Shown here: in pieces, positions 29,316 through 39,314 of the stretch | How positions within the stretch are numbered: position 1 is the stretch's first letter | Layout of the letters: every line of letters starts with the position of its first letter | Source: Candidatus Moanibacter sp. | Lineage (GTDB): Bacteria > Verrucomicrobiota > Verrucomicrobiia > Opitutales > UBA2987 | Length of the DNA stretch: 64,000 bases | Assembly: GCA_965215885.1 (NCBI GenBank) | Contig: CBDCEW010000095.1 | Location: 71,345 to 135,344 of the forward strand | Reading direction: 5' to 3' | Position numbers and translations under genes: made by a program | Notes under the pieces: model-generated | Databases searched by the model: none | What the model was told of the DNA's origin: nothing | Seen by the model: the letters and a program-made list of their open reading frames with translations, nothing else

Positions 29316-30377
29316 ATGCCAAATTTTAAGCCAGAGACACTGAGGAACATCGGTTATGAGCTGTTCCGCGCCACGGGGTGCTCCGAAGAGGATACCCGAG
29401 CCGTCGTCGATCACCTCGTCGAATCTAACCTCTTCGGTCACGATTCTCACGGCGCCATCCGGTTTTACGAGTATGCCGGCGCAGTGCGGGAAGGACGGTT
29501 CAATCCGAAAGCTCGACCCGAAATCGTACGGGACCACCCGACCGTGGCCGTCGTCGATGCCGGTGGAGCGATGGGCCAGGTCGGAGCCACCTTCGCGACT
29601 GAATTGGCGATTGTGAAAGCGCGCGAGTACGGAGTCGGCACCGTCGCCCTTCGCAATACCAGCCACATCGGGCGTGTCGGCGCCTACCCGTTGATGGCGG
29701 CGCGCCAGGGATTTGTATCGCAGATCTTTGTCAACGCGGGCCACCTGGGGTATCAGATCGCCCCTTTTGGCGGCATTGAGGGTAAACTGAGCACCGACCC
29801 ATTAGCGTTCGCGGCGCCGCGGCGTCAGGCCGACCCGATCCTGGTGGACATGACCACTTCGGTAGTAGCGGAAGGGAAGATTCGAGTAGCGCGAAATCGA
29901 GGCGATAGCGTTCCACCGGGTTGGATTATCGACTCCAAAGGCAATCCCACCACCAATCCTAATGACATGAAAGCTGAGCCGCCCGGAGCAATCCTTCCCC
30001 TCGGTGGAGTAGTCGCTCACAAAGGAACCGGATTAGCCATTATGGTAGAAGTCCTTGGTGGCGCATTGAGCGGTCTCGGCTGCGCCAATGGTTCTCGCAC
30101 GATGATCAGCAATGGAGTTCTCCTCAACGTCTACAACATTGAGCATTTCGTCGATACCGACGATTTCTATGACGAGATTGAGAGCCTCATTCGCCATATC
30201 AAGTCGAGTGCGCTCGCTCCCGGATTTGACGAGATCCTCCTGCCGGGCGAACCTGAGTATCGCAGCGCCGAGCGGGTCGAGAAGGCGGGAATCGAGGTGG
30301 ATGAGAAGACGTGGGAGCTGATCTGCGAGGAAGCACGCCACGTCGGAATCGATCCCGGTAAGTGGACGAGTGAATAA
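29316..30377 (+). CDS. Ldh_2 family (type 2 malate/L-lactate/sulfolactate) dehydrogenase
   Basis: GHDSHG, SHIGRVG, DMTTS, HKG.GL, LPGEPE. Confidence 0.9.
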   Translation: MPNFKPETLRNIGYELFRATGCSEEDTRAVVDHLVESNLFGHDSHGAIRFYEYAGAVREGRFNPKARPEIVRDHPTVAVVDAGGAMGQVGATFATELAIVKAREYGVGTVALRNTSHIGRVGAYPLMAARQGFVSQIFVNAGHLGYQIAPFGGIEGKLSTDPLAFAAPRRQADPILVDMTTSVVAEGKIRVARNRGDSVPPGWIIDSKGNPTTNPNDMKAEPPGAILPLGGVVAHKGTGLAIMVEVLGGALSGLGCANGSRTMISNGVLLNVYNIEHFVDTDDFYDEIESLIRHIKSSALAPGFDEILLPGEPEYRSAERVEKAGIEVDEKTWELICEEARHVGIDPGKWTSE

Positions 30378-30583
30378 TTTCTGCCTCGAATGGTACTTAT
30401 TGCAGGTCGGACAACGTCTGAGTATGGGTTTGGCGTCCTTTAGGTTGCCGGCTCCCTCCGGCCTCGCGCCGGGGGCGCCACAAATAGGTAAAAGGTGCAA
30501 TTCCGACCGACCGGTAAAGCTCCCTAAACGAGTCGATGGCGACGAGATTGACAGAGAGATACTGGTTCCCTATTCACCTAGAT

Positions 30584-31138
30584 ATGCCTGAGGTAAAATT
30601 CCCGGCTATTACCGTCTCTGATTACGAAGCCCTTCCCGAAACGGGGCCTCGCTACCAACTCGTGGAGGGAGAATTGATCATGACACCGGCGCCCGATCGC
30701 TACCATCAAGAGATATCTGGAAACATCGAGTTTCTCTTACGGAAGTATTTGGAGGATCATCCGATTGGTAAACTCTATGATGCGCCGTTCGATGTATATT
30801 TGACCGAGACCAACGTTTTTCAGCCTGATATTCTCTTCGTTTCGAATAAACGTTCGGCGATTCTTTCCAAGCGAGGCGCCGAGGATGCTCCGGATCTAGT
30901 CGTTGAAATTCTCTCTCCCAAAACAGCCGGAATCGATACCGGCGCAAAGAAGAAGATGTATGCCCAGAGCGGAGCCGCGTTTCTTTGGATAGTCGATCCC
31001 GAATCAAAACAGGTGCAGATATATGAACTCCAGAATGATCCCGAGAATCCAAAGGCTGCATACGGAGAAGGAGAGCAGTTTTCTTCGCCCTTGTTTCCGG
31101 GACTCGAGATCGAAGTAGCCGAGATTTTCAGGGACTGA
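30584..31138 (+). CDS. Uma2 family endonuclease
   Basis: YQLVEGEL...HQ, QPD, PDLVVEILSP. Confidence 0.9.
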   Translation: MPEVKFPAITVSDYEALPETGPRYQLVEGELIMTPAPDRYHQEISGNIEFLLRKYLEDHPIGKLYDAPFDVYLTETNVFQPDILFVSNKRSAILSKRGAEDAPDLVVEILSPKTAGIDTGAKKKMYAQSGAAFLWIVDPESKQVQIYELQNDPENPKAAYGEGEQFSSPLFPGLEIEVAEIFRD

Positions 31139-31284
31139 AATTGAGAGTGGAATAATCGAGCACCTCGGTGAGCCAGCTTTTCTCACGAATTCCTTTGAAG
31201 TGTTTCGGCTCCATCGCGACTCCCGTCAGCCCGAATGGCACCAACTTAAGGAATCGTTCCGGTGATCACTGATGTTCCCGATTC

Positions 31285-31345
31285 GGCCGCAAGCGGCCTT
31301 CCTACAAAGACTTATGTCCCTCGTAGGAAGCTCGCTTGCGAGCGA
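31285..31345. repeat. Pair of GTAG REP palindromes
   Basis: ...CCTTCCTAC (to 31305) and GTAGGAAGCTCGCTTGCGAGCGA (from 31323). Confidence 0.7.
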
Positions 31346-31476
31346 TTCTTGCCATAAGTCAGCACCATTCCCGTCAGACCCTCACACTTGCCCAACGAGG
31401 AAAATCGGGCGACCCGGAAATCTTGTGAGATTTCCGGGGTAGGCTATGCGCACCAAAAAGACACCCTTCAGCCTCT

Positions 31477-32217
31477 TTACTCAACTAATTCGCTCAGGGC
31501 CTGTTTGACTGTAGACTCGAGAAATCGCAGATCGTTATTGAAATCGATAAACAGGAAACCCTCTTCGATGCGACGTCGAACAGCCGCTGCATCCTTTGCC
31601 GGTATGCCGCAGGGTTTGCCGCCACGAACACAGCCTTCACGGAATTGCTGAAGCGCCGCTTCATGGTCCGGATGGCCGGATTCGACTCCCATCGACAGGG
31701 CTAAATCGTTCGGGCCTAAGAAGCCAATATCGATGCCTTCCACCCGGGCGATGGCCTCCGCATTTTCAATTCCTTCCATATCCTCAATTTGCGGAATGCA
31801 AAGAATCTGGTCGTTCGCCACATTGTAATAATCCGACGATATTGTGACGCAGCGGCCCGTGCCGGCCGAACGAATTCCCACCGGCGGGTATCGCACTGCC
31901 CGTGCCAATTTTTCAGCCTGCCTGGGGTTGCTCACGTGCGGAAAGACCAGGCCCCACGCTCCCGCATCGAGGAGTCGTGCCGCCGTAACAGGATCGTGGT
32001 CCCAGGCCCGTGCCAGGGGGATGGCGCCGCGGGCCTCAATGGCTCGAAAGGTGTGAATGACGAGTTCCAGGTCAAATCCGGTGTGCTCGGCGTCGACGAC
32101 CAGCCAGGGGAATCCGGCTGCGGCCATAACCTCGGCGGACAGCGGCGAAGCTAGATTGAGCCAGGAGCCGATGGAGGGCTTGCCGGCGGCTAATATCTCT
32201 TTAATTGGATTATGCAT
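31477..32217 (-). CDS. HpcH/HpaI aldolase family protein
   Basis: DAEH, LDAGA, RYPP.G.RS, QIE, GPNDL. Confidence 0.9.
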   Translation of the reverse strand: MHNPIKEILAAGKPSIGSWLNLASPLSAEVMAAAGFPWLVVDAEHTGFDLELVIHTFRAIEARGAIPLARAWDHDPVTAARLLDAGAWGLVFPHVSNPRQAEKLARAVRYPPVGIRSAGTGRCVTISSDYYNVANDQILCIPQIEDMEGIENAEAIARVEGIDIGFLGPNDLALSMGVESGHPDHEAALQQFREGCVRGGKPCGIPAKDAAAVRRRIEEGFLFIDFNNDLRFLESTVKQALSELVE

Positions 32218-32248
32218 ACTGTTGTGCTCCTTACTACAATCGTTAGAT

Positions 32249-33567
32249 CACTACTGTCCGGTTGTTTTTCTAGGAACGCAGGTTAATCGATTGATAACCA
32301 ACATTTTACATATGATTTCTGCTGTTTTCGACTTGAAATTGCAAAAAGCCTTGTGGACTCTCAAAAATTTCGAGGGTCCAAATCATGTATACAGGTCGAT
32401 TCGTTTTTTCTCAAATCATAGATTATCTTCCGCGCCATCAGTTCCATCGTTGCGTCCAACGCTACGGAGGCGACTACAAAGTTCAAAAGTTCAGTTGCTT
32501 CGAACAATTTCTCTGCATGGGTTTTGCCGAGTTGACCTACCGGGAGAGTCTGCGCGACATCGAAACCTGCCTGCGGGCAGTACAACCAAAACTATACCAC
32601 GCAGGGATTCGAAGCGGAGTATCCAAAAGCACGCTCGCCGATGCCAACGAGAAACGAGACTGGCGCAGCTACGCCGACTTTGCACAGGTCCTCATCGCAA
32701 TGGCTCGTCCTTTGTATTCAAACGAGGATCTGGGCATCGACCTGGACAATACGCTCTACGCTCTGGACTCCACCACGATCGATCTATGTCTATCACTCTT
32801 CCCGTGGGCACGTTTCCGCAAGCACAAGGGGGCGGTGAAGGTCCATACGCTTCTCGATCTCAGAGGCTCTATCCCTTATTTTATCGAGATTACCGATGGA
32901 AAAGTTCACGACGTAAACATTCTGGATCTCATCATCCCCGAGGCCGGTGCTTACTATGTAATGGACCGAGCCTATCTGCATTACGAGCGCCTCTATCGGA
33001 TCGCACAATGCGGTTCTTTCTTCGTCACACGCGCCCGCCGCGGCTTTCAGTTTCGCCGCCTCTACTCTCAAAAGGTCGACAAATCAACCGGTCTGCGTTC
33101 GGACCAGACCGTTGCCCTGGTCAGCTTCTATCCTGCCAAGGCCTACCCCGAAAGACTCCGGCGTATCACTTACCTCGACCCCGACAGTTCCGAGCGCTTC
33201 GTGTTTCTCACCAACCAGTTTGCCCTCCCAGCCATAATCATCACCCAGATTTACCGTTTACGCTGGCAGATCGAATTGTTCTTCAAATGGATCAAACAGC
33301 ACTTGCGCATCAAGAGCTTTTTCGGCACCTCCGAGAATGCTGTGAAGACTCAAATCTGGATTGCCGTCAGCGTCTATGTGCTCATCGCCATCATCCGCAA
33401 ACGCCTTCGCCTGGAGATCAGTTTGCACAAAATCCTACAGATTCTCAGCTTCACCCTATTTGAGAAAACTCCTATGACTGAACTACTTACAGAAACCGAT
33501 TACACTTTCAATGAACACCGCATTCCTAAACAGTTGGAGTTGTTTGACTTATAACCGGACAGTACTG
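32249..33567 (+). mobile_element. Complete IS4-family element with 9-bp target duplication
   Basis: Ends CACTACTGTCCGGTT / AACCGGACAGTACTG; TCGTTAGAT at 32240-32248 and 33568-33576. Confidence 0.92.
32385..33554 (+). CDS. IS4-family transposase (DUF4372-type N-terminus)
   Basis: DSTTI, DRAY, YRLRWQIELFFKWIKQHL. Confidence 0.95.
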   Translation: MYTGRFVFSQIIDYLPRHQFHRCVQRYGGDYKVQKFSCFEQFLCMGFAELTYRESLRDIETCLRAVQPKLYHAGIRSGVSKSTLADANEKRDWRSYADFAQVLIAMARPLYSNEDLGIDLDNTLYALDSTTIDLCLSLFPWARFRKHKGAVKVHTLLDLRGSIPYFIEITDGKVHDVNILDLIIPEAGAYYVMDRAYLHYERLYRIAQCGSFFVTRARRGFQFRRLYSQKVDKSTGLRSDQTVALVSFYPAKAYPERLRRITYLDPDSSERFVFLTNQFALPAIIITQIYRLRWQIELFFKWIKQHLRIKSFFGTSENAVKTQIWIAVSVYVLIAIIRKRLRLEISLHKILQILSFTLFEKTPMTELLTETDYTFNEHRIPKQLELFDL

Positions 33568-33730
33568 TCGTTAGATTCCTTGTTTCTTAAGCGAATTTTT
33601 CAATAGAAGTAGCTGATATTCAAAAGATTATACTTTCAACGCAAAAGATCTCACAGCCCCCCATTCGTTGCCCTTCATTCATTCGTTGCTGACTCATCTT
33701 CCCGCTCAGCGGGATTGCGGCTACGCTGCC

Positions 33731-34768
33731 CTAGGAGAGTCCGACAGATTCCTGGGCGATTTCTTTCCCTTCCGAGGAGATCGAGAAAACGCTTTCTTTT
33801 TCATCAAATGCCAGTTCAAATCCATTGCGGGGGATTTCGTCGACCGAGACACCAATGAGTTCTAAGGGATTGTAGAAACCCGTTCGAAGCAGCTCCTCCA
33901 GCGTCAAAATGTCCATTGTCGCCAGGTTATTCATGCAGTCAAGCACCGTTGCGGAAGAGCCTACGAGGCACTGCTTTACTGGATTATAAATTCGACCGCA
34001 CTCCTCGAGATTCACTTCGTTTCCTAAGGCTTGATAGCGGCCCGGAGGGAGACCCGCTATGGAAGAGGCGTCACTCACGACGATGATGTTGTCGACACCC
34101 TTCGAGCGGATAAACGTCTTTATCACGGAAGAGGGAAGGTGATGCCCGTCGGTAATGATCATAGCGGCTAATTGATCGTTCGCCAATCCCGCCCAGATCG
34201 GATTCTCGTGCCTGGGGAGAATATTGGGGAGTCCGTTTCCCAAATGAGTCAGGGCACTACCTCCTGCGTCAAAGAAACCCGATAGGTGCTCCTCAATCGC
34301 CATAGAGTGGCCGTTTGAAACCGTCATGTCCCTGCCAATCGCGCTCTCTGTAAGGTCAAGCGCTCCCTCGAGTTCACAGGCGAGGGTGAGAAGGCGCAAA
34401 TGACCTCGACACAAAGCCGCCAGCTCATTGAGCATTTCGACATCGGGCTGATTTACCCACTCCTTATTGTGCGCTCCGACGGCGCCAGGTTGATCGGAGA
34501 TGAAGGGTCCCTCCAGATGAATTCCCAACAGCCTGCCCTTAAACTCGTCTTCTTCGAGGACCTCAGCTATTAAAGGCAAGTTACGCTCATAGACCTCTTT
34601 AGCGGAAGTAATAAGAGTGGGAAGAAAAGCAGCCGTGCCTCGATCGAGGAGAGCTCTGCACGCCTTTGTGAATTCCTCGACGGTCAACTCTGGGTCCGAG
34701 AAGTCCGTTCCTTTAAAGCCGTTAACCTGAAGGTCAATAAAGCCTGGAATTCCCACTTTCATTTTCAC
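33731..34768 (-). CDS. nagA: N-acetylglucosamine-6-phosphate deacetylase-like
   Basis: [28 protein letters not shown]. Confidence 0.85.
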   Translation of the reverse strand: MKMKVGIPGFIDLQVNGFKGTDFSDPELTVEEFTKACRALLDRGTAAFLPTLITSAKEVYERNLPLIAEVLEEDEFKGRLLGIHLEGPFISDQPGAVGAHNKEWVNQPDVEMLNELAALCRGHLRLLTLACELEGALDLTESAIGRDMTVSNGHSMAIEEHLSGFFDAGGSALTHLGNGLPNILPRHENPIWAGLANDQLAAMIITDGHHLPSSVIKTFIRSKGVDNIIVVSDASSIAGLPPGRYQALGNEVNLEECGRIYNPVKQCLVGSSATVLDCMNNLATMDILTLEELLRTGFYNPLELIGVSVDEIPRNGFELAFDEKESVFSISSEGKEIAQESVGLS

Positions 34769-35514
34769 TCCTGCTCGTTCCCTGGAAGAAGCGACGCTGA
34801 TTGGTGATCGAGATAGAGCTTACAATTCGCGTGGGTTTGCAATATTGAAGCAGGCAGTTCAGGGGTTATCTCTCCCTGCAGTGCCCTTTCCACCGCCCAT
34901 GCCTTACGTTCGTCCGGCACAGAGCAGATGATTAACTCGCTTTTGAGGATTTGGCGAACGCTCATGGAGATTGCCTGGCGTGGGACTGAATCGAGATTCG
35001 GGAACCAACCCTCTCCCAGCTGTTGTTTTCGGCAGGCCTCGTCCAGATTTACTACCAAATACGGCTCTTCCGTCTCGAAGTCGGCTGGTGGGTCGTTAAA
35101 TGCGAGATGTCCATTCTCGCCGATTCCAACACAGGCCACATGAATCCTGAAGCTCGATAACAGGCTTCCCAGCCGTGCGCACTCAGATTCCGGATTCGCG
35201 CTCTCTCCATCGATAGCGTGAAACTGTTTAAGAGCGACCACCCTGTCGGCGAATCGCTCTCTAAGATATCTCCTGAAGCTGGCTGGATGACTTTCTGGCA
35301 GGTTGATATATTCGTCGAGGTGAAAGGCGCATACTCTGCTCCAATCGACATCTTCCCTCACAATGTTTTCCAGCATTTCGAACTGGCTCGCCCCGGTCGC
35401 CAGAATAATATTTGCTTCTCCATTCTGGTCAATTGCGCCTCTGATTGAATCGGCCGCTTCCTTTGCCGCAGCGCTTCCCAGCGAGTCTTTGTCCCCGAAT
35501 ACTTTAATTTTCAT
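34765..35514 (-). CDS. nagB: Glucosamine-6-phosphate deaminase-like
   Basis: [31 protein letters not shown]. Confidence 0.85.
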   Translation of the reverse strand: MKIKVFGDKDSLGSAAAKEAADSIRGAIDQNGEANIILATGASQFEMLENIVREDVDWSRVCAFHLDEYINLPESHPASFRRYLRERFADRVVALKQFHAIDGESANPESECARLGSLLSSFRIHVACVGIGENGHLAFNDPPADFETEEPYLVVNLDEACRKQQLGEGWFPNLDSVPRQAISMSVRQILKSELIICSVPDERKAWAVERALQGEITPELPASILQTHANCKLYLDHQSASLLPGNEQE

Positions 35515-35587
35515 AATTAGAGCCTGTTCTATTAGAGGATAATCCAATTGAAGTAGGCGTATGCGTAGAATAGATTACTGAAGAATA

Positions 35588-36490
35588 ATGAATCAACCTA
35601 AGAGTATTATAGATACTCACCAGCACGTAAACTGGCATCAAAGAGATGTTCACGGGCTTATACGCGATATGGATGATCACGGGATCGGGCAGGCGTGGCT
35701 GCTCTCCTGGATAATGAATCCGTTATACGACAACGGTAAATACCACCGAACGCTAAACCCGGCGAATGTGTTACCCACCGGTTTGCATGAGGGTATTCCG
35801 CTGCAGGATTTAATCAACGCAAAGGAACGGTATCCAGAACGCTTCCTTCTCGGTTACTGCCCCAATCCGATTTGGCCGACGGCTCCTGATCTTTTGGCGA
35901 CTGCTCACCAGATGCACGGCGTCCAGGTGTGCGGGGAATGGAAGTTTAAGATGCTGATCGATGATCCGCGCTGCATTGAGATATTCAAGGTAGCGGGAGA
36001 ATTCAAAATGCCGGTCATTCTGCACCTCGATGTGCCTTACCTGCGGAATGTGAGCGGGGGTTGCACATATCAAACCGAGTGGTACGGTGGAACCGTGGAA
36101 AACCTGGCTCGGGCACTGGTAGCCTGTCCGGATACGCTATTTATTGGGCACGCTCCCGGATTCTGGAGGGAAATCAGTTCGGATGCGGATAAAGATTCCA
36201 ATCAATATCCAGACACTCCGGTTATATCGCCGGGGAAATTGGAAGGTCTCTTCCGCGACAATCCGAATCTCTACGCCGATCTCTCGGCGAACTCAGCTCT
36301 CATCGCTTTGAGGCGGGACGTGGATCATGCCGGGAAGTTTCTAACCCGCCACCGGGAAAGGCTCCTTTTCGGCCGCGATCGCTACGGCCGCGATTTGCAT
36401 GAATTCTTGGGATCCCTCTCTCTAGATGAAGAGACTATCGAACGCATTTACCATACAAACGCAGAGAGCCTGGTGGCACATTCACATTAG
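35588..36490 (+). CDS. Amidohydrolase family 2 protein
   Basis: IDTHQH, GEWK, LH, GH, LYADLS, LFGRD. Confidence 0.85.
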   Translation: MNQPKSIIDTHQHVNWHQRDVHGLIRDMDDHGIGQAWLLSWIMNPLYDNGKYHRTLNPANVLPTGLHEGIPLQDLINAKERYPERFLLGYCPNPIWPTAPDLLATAHQMHGVQVCGEWKFKMLIDDPRCIEIFKVAGEFKMPVILHLDVPYLRNVSGGCTYQTEWYGGTVENLARALVACPDTLFIGHAPGFWREISSDADKDSNQYPDTPVISPGKLEGLFRDNPNLYADLSANSALIALRRDVDHAGKFLTRHRERLLFGRDRYGRDLHEFLGSLSLDEETIERIYHTNAESLVAHSH

Positions 36491-36510
36491 CTAGATAAGG
36501 AGAAAACATA

Positions 36511-37578
36511 ATGAGAAATATAATAGACAGATGCCTATCCCTGGCAATTACCTTGGTGATTGCGTTGGGATTCCTGGCCATCGACCTGCCGGCGGCCAAT
36601 AATCCAGTCGATGAAAACTGGTGGCCGAGCGAATTTGGCGCCGACGACAAAGTGGGCGCCGTTAACCACATAACCCCTGAAAAGAGAATAGAGGCGGTAA
36701 AGCTGGTCAAGAAGGGGATGACGGCCACTCTCGGCATGCCCTACTATAACGGAATGCCTCTCGTTCCCGGCCGCACTTATGCCTTGAGTATCCCTGGTGG
36801 GGGAACCCCCACTCACGGACCACTCAGCTGGCCCGGTGAGAATTACGATATGACTTTCATGGACGAGATCGTGACCGCCGAGATCGGGCAGGTCGGCACC
36901 CAATGGGACGGTCTGGCTCATCCCATGATCCGCATCCAAGGGGTAGACGGATGGGAGGATGGAAACTATTTCTACAATCGCCATAGATTGGAAGATGTCG
37001 GGAGCCCCCGTGGATTACAGCACGTCGGCACCGAGCACATCGCTGAAAAAGGCTTCTTCACCCGTGGCATCCTCATCGACATCGCCGCCCTCAAAGGTGT
37101 CAAACGACTGTCAAAGGGTTATGCTATCACCCTCGATGACTACAAAGCGGCCTTGAAAGCCCAGGGTATTGACGATGCCGGCCAGGGAGACGTCGTGCTA
37201 TTCCGGACAGGTTGGAACAGTTTGTGGAAAGATTACAGCCGGCCTCCCGGGGAGAGGGCTGAGGATCACGCTGAGTTCGGCTCGGGTGAGCCTGGAGTCA
37301 GTGTGGAAATTTGCGACTACCTGGCCGAGAGAAAAATCGCTATGGTAGGTTCGGATACCTGGGGGCTCGAGCCCTACGGCGACCCCGACCAGGGTGAACC
37401 GGAGTCCTTCGCATATGGGCACATGAACTTCATCGTCCGGCGCGGCATCACAAACTTTGAAAATCTTGACCTCGATGTGCTCTCAAAAGAAAAAGCCTAC
37501 GAGTTTCTATTCACCTGGGCTCCTCTCAAATTAGTCGGTGCGACCGGCTCTCCAGGTAATCCGATCGCGGCCTGGTAA
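36511..37578 (+). CDS. Secreted cyclase-family (kynurenine formamidase-like) protein
   Basis: Signal peptide; GTQWDGLAH, TRGILIDI, FRTG, GSD, ENL, GATGSPGNP. Confidence 0.85.
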   Translation: MRNIIDRCLSLAITLVIALGFLAIDLPAANNPVDENWWPSEFGADDKVGAVNHITPEKRIEAVKLVKKGMTATLGMPYYNGMPLVPGRTYALSIPGGGTPTHGPLSWPGENYDMTFMDEIVTAEIGQVGTQWDGLAHPMIRIQGVDGWEDGNYFYNRHRLEDVGSPRGLQHVGTEHIAEKGFFTRGILIDIAALKGVKRLSKGYAITLDDYKAALKAQGIDDAGQGDVVLFRTGWNSLWKDYSRPPGERAEDHAEFGSGEPGVSVEICDYLAERKIAMVGSDTWGLEPYGDPDQGEPESFAYGHMNFIVRRGITNFENLDLDVLSKEKAYEFLFTWAPLKLVGATGSPGNPIAAW

Positions 37579-37584
37579 GGGACA

Positions 37585-38400
37585 TTACAGGTCGCTAAGG
37601 CGATCTCGGATCACCGCCGCCCTCTCATATTCCTCCTGAGCGACCGCTTCCGCCAGTTCCTTCTCGAGTTTCTCCTTTTCGCTCAAGGGTCGCTTCCCTT
37701 CGATCTCTTGAGCCAATTCCTCGAGCGCCTTAAGGGAGCGCTCCTTCTCCGTGTGAAACTCCATGGCGTCGACTTCTTCGAGTTCTTCAATTCTCTTTTT
37801 CACTTCCCGAATGATTACAAGGGCTGAATCGAAATTGCTTTCATGAATCTCAACCATCACCCTGGCGACAGCGTGCATCCTCAGAATATAGGGCCACCAC
37901 CGCTCCAAATGCCTCCTGTCCGATTCCCTCAAAGCATATTGACTAACGAATCGAAATACCTCCATATTCCGCTCAGTGTCTCGAATAACTCGAGCGTAGT
38001 CCTGGATCTGCAGGAGGAATACGTAGCGTTCATAGATGCGAACGCTCTCATCAAAGATAGTTTTGCAATCCTTCTCAGTTAGGGAAAATGCGGCTTCACT
38101 CTTTCCCCCGGCAAGATGCTTTCTTAGCTTGTTTCGATAATAATCCACCACAAAAGTGTGCCCCATGGGCCGCTTACCGTCGGGCCTGCCATCCATTTCC
38201 ATCTGTAGGATACCCTGAAAGGCTCCCTGATCGACCCGCACCTGGATTTTCTCCGCACCTTTCTCGCCGACGACCTTTCGAACATTGTTCTGTTGGTTAA
38301 ATGGCCATTCTTTCAGGAAATCTGTTAAATCCTTTATCCCATCGAGCGGCTCCTCCGAACCGCCGGATTGCTCTTCCTCTTCCTTTTTGCCAATACTCAT
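37585..38400 (-). CDS. UvrB/UvrC-motif-containing protein
   Basis: MDGRPDGKRP; C-terminal AVAQEEYERAAVIRD. Confidence 0.8.
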   Translation of the reverse strand: MSIGKKEEEEQSGGSEEPLDGIKDLTDFLKEWPFNQQNNVRKVVGEKGAEKIQVRVDQGAFQGILQMEMDGRPDGKRPMGHTFVVDYYRNKLRKHLAGGKSEAAFSLTEKDCKTIFDESVRIYERYVFLLQIQDYARVIRDTERNMEVFRFVSQYALRESDRRHLERWWPYILRMHAVARVMVEIHESNFDSALVIIREVKKRIEELEEVDAMEFHTEKERSLKALEELAQEIEGKRPLSEKEKLEKELAEAVAQEEYERAAVIRDRLSDL

Positions 38401-38490
38401 CTCGATCCAATTCTTCGTCGTCGGTCTTGCAATTAAATCCTGCAATTTCCTTTCTGTCAATTGCAGGTGTATCTACCCTGTCATTAGCAT

Positions 38491-39015
38491 ATGAGCATCT
38501 CTCCAAATCCCCCGGAAGTCAGGATCCATCCCTTGAAGGATGACACTGTCATTCCAAACAACCCGCGGTTGCCCCTCCTCGTCTATCTCGCTGCCCTCGA
38601 TCAGTCGGCCCGGGATTTAGCCTCGGCCTTTGAATCGCTCTTCGCTCAAAACCGCTGGGGTGGCATGTGGCGCTATGGCGTCTACCGTTTTCACCATTAC
38701 CACAGCACAGCCCACGAGGTGCTTGGAGTATTTCGCGGCTCCGCCTCGATTCAATTTGGGGGAGAGAAGGGTATTGTTCAAAAGGTGAAAGCCGGAGATA
38801 TGGTCGTCATCCCCGCCGGTGTCGGTCACAAGAATTTGCACTGCAGCCTCGGATTTTCCGTCGTCGGGGCCTATCCTTTGGGACAATCCCACGACATGTG
38901 CTACGGGAATCGAGAGGAACGTGATTTTGCCCTCAGTAATATCTCTGCGGTCGCCCTCCCCGAATCCGACCCCATCTACGGTTCTCAGGGTCCTCTCCTC
39001 GAACACTGGACCTGA
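38491..39015 (+). CDS. Cupin (YjlB-like) protein
   Basis: PNN, HHYHSTAHEVL, IPAGVGH, VGAYP. Confidence 0.85.
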   Translation: MSISPNPPEVRIHPLKDDTVIPNNPRLPLLVYLAALDQSARDLASAFESLFAQNRWGGMWRYGVYRFHHYHSTAHEVLGVFRGSASIQFGGEKGIVQKVKAGDMVVIPAGVGHKNLHCSLGFSVVGAYPLGQSHDMCYGNREERDFALSNISAVALPESDPIYGSQGPLLEHWT

Positions 39016-39314
39016 TCTGTATCCCTGCCATTTATGCCACTGTCTTAAATGATAGTGCATTATTATTCGGAATAATAACGTTTAAGGCTATGAAAAGCAT
39101 TTGAGTCGCTCTTTCGAGTCCCTTACGGGTATCTCAGCACGCGTCTTTTAAAACTAACCTATTCTTGTGCTGTTAACCTCTTTCCTGATAAGTGTTGACG
39201 CCATTAAGGAACCCAAACTTGAGCGTATCGGTATTCATACGCTCATCGCGATATTGGGTAAAAATTATGACCTCCAAAAACACGCGATTGCCGAAGAAAT
39301 TCTAAGAAACTACT

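Noticed and set aside
27918..30377. Cysteate synthase plus sulfolactate dehydrogenase pathway
   Set aside because: Both families are broad, the genes are divergent, no aminotransferase is adjacent, and the motifs fit a generic ThrC-like enzyme.
32057..33463. 468-aa ORF overlapping the IS4 transposase
   Set aside because: Alternative frame that crosses the IS boundary, with Arg/Ser-rich non-protein-like composition.
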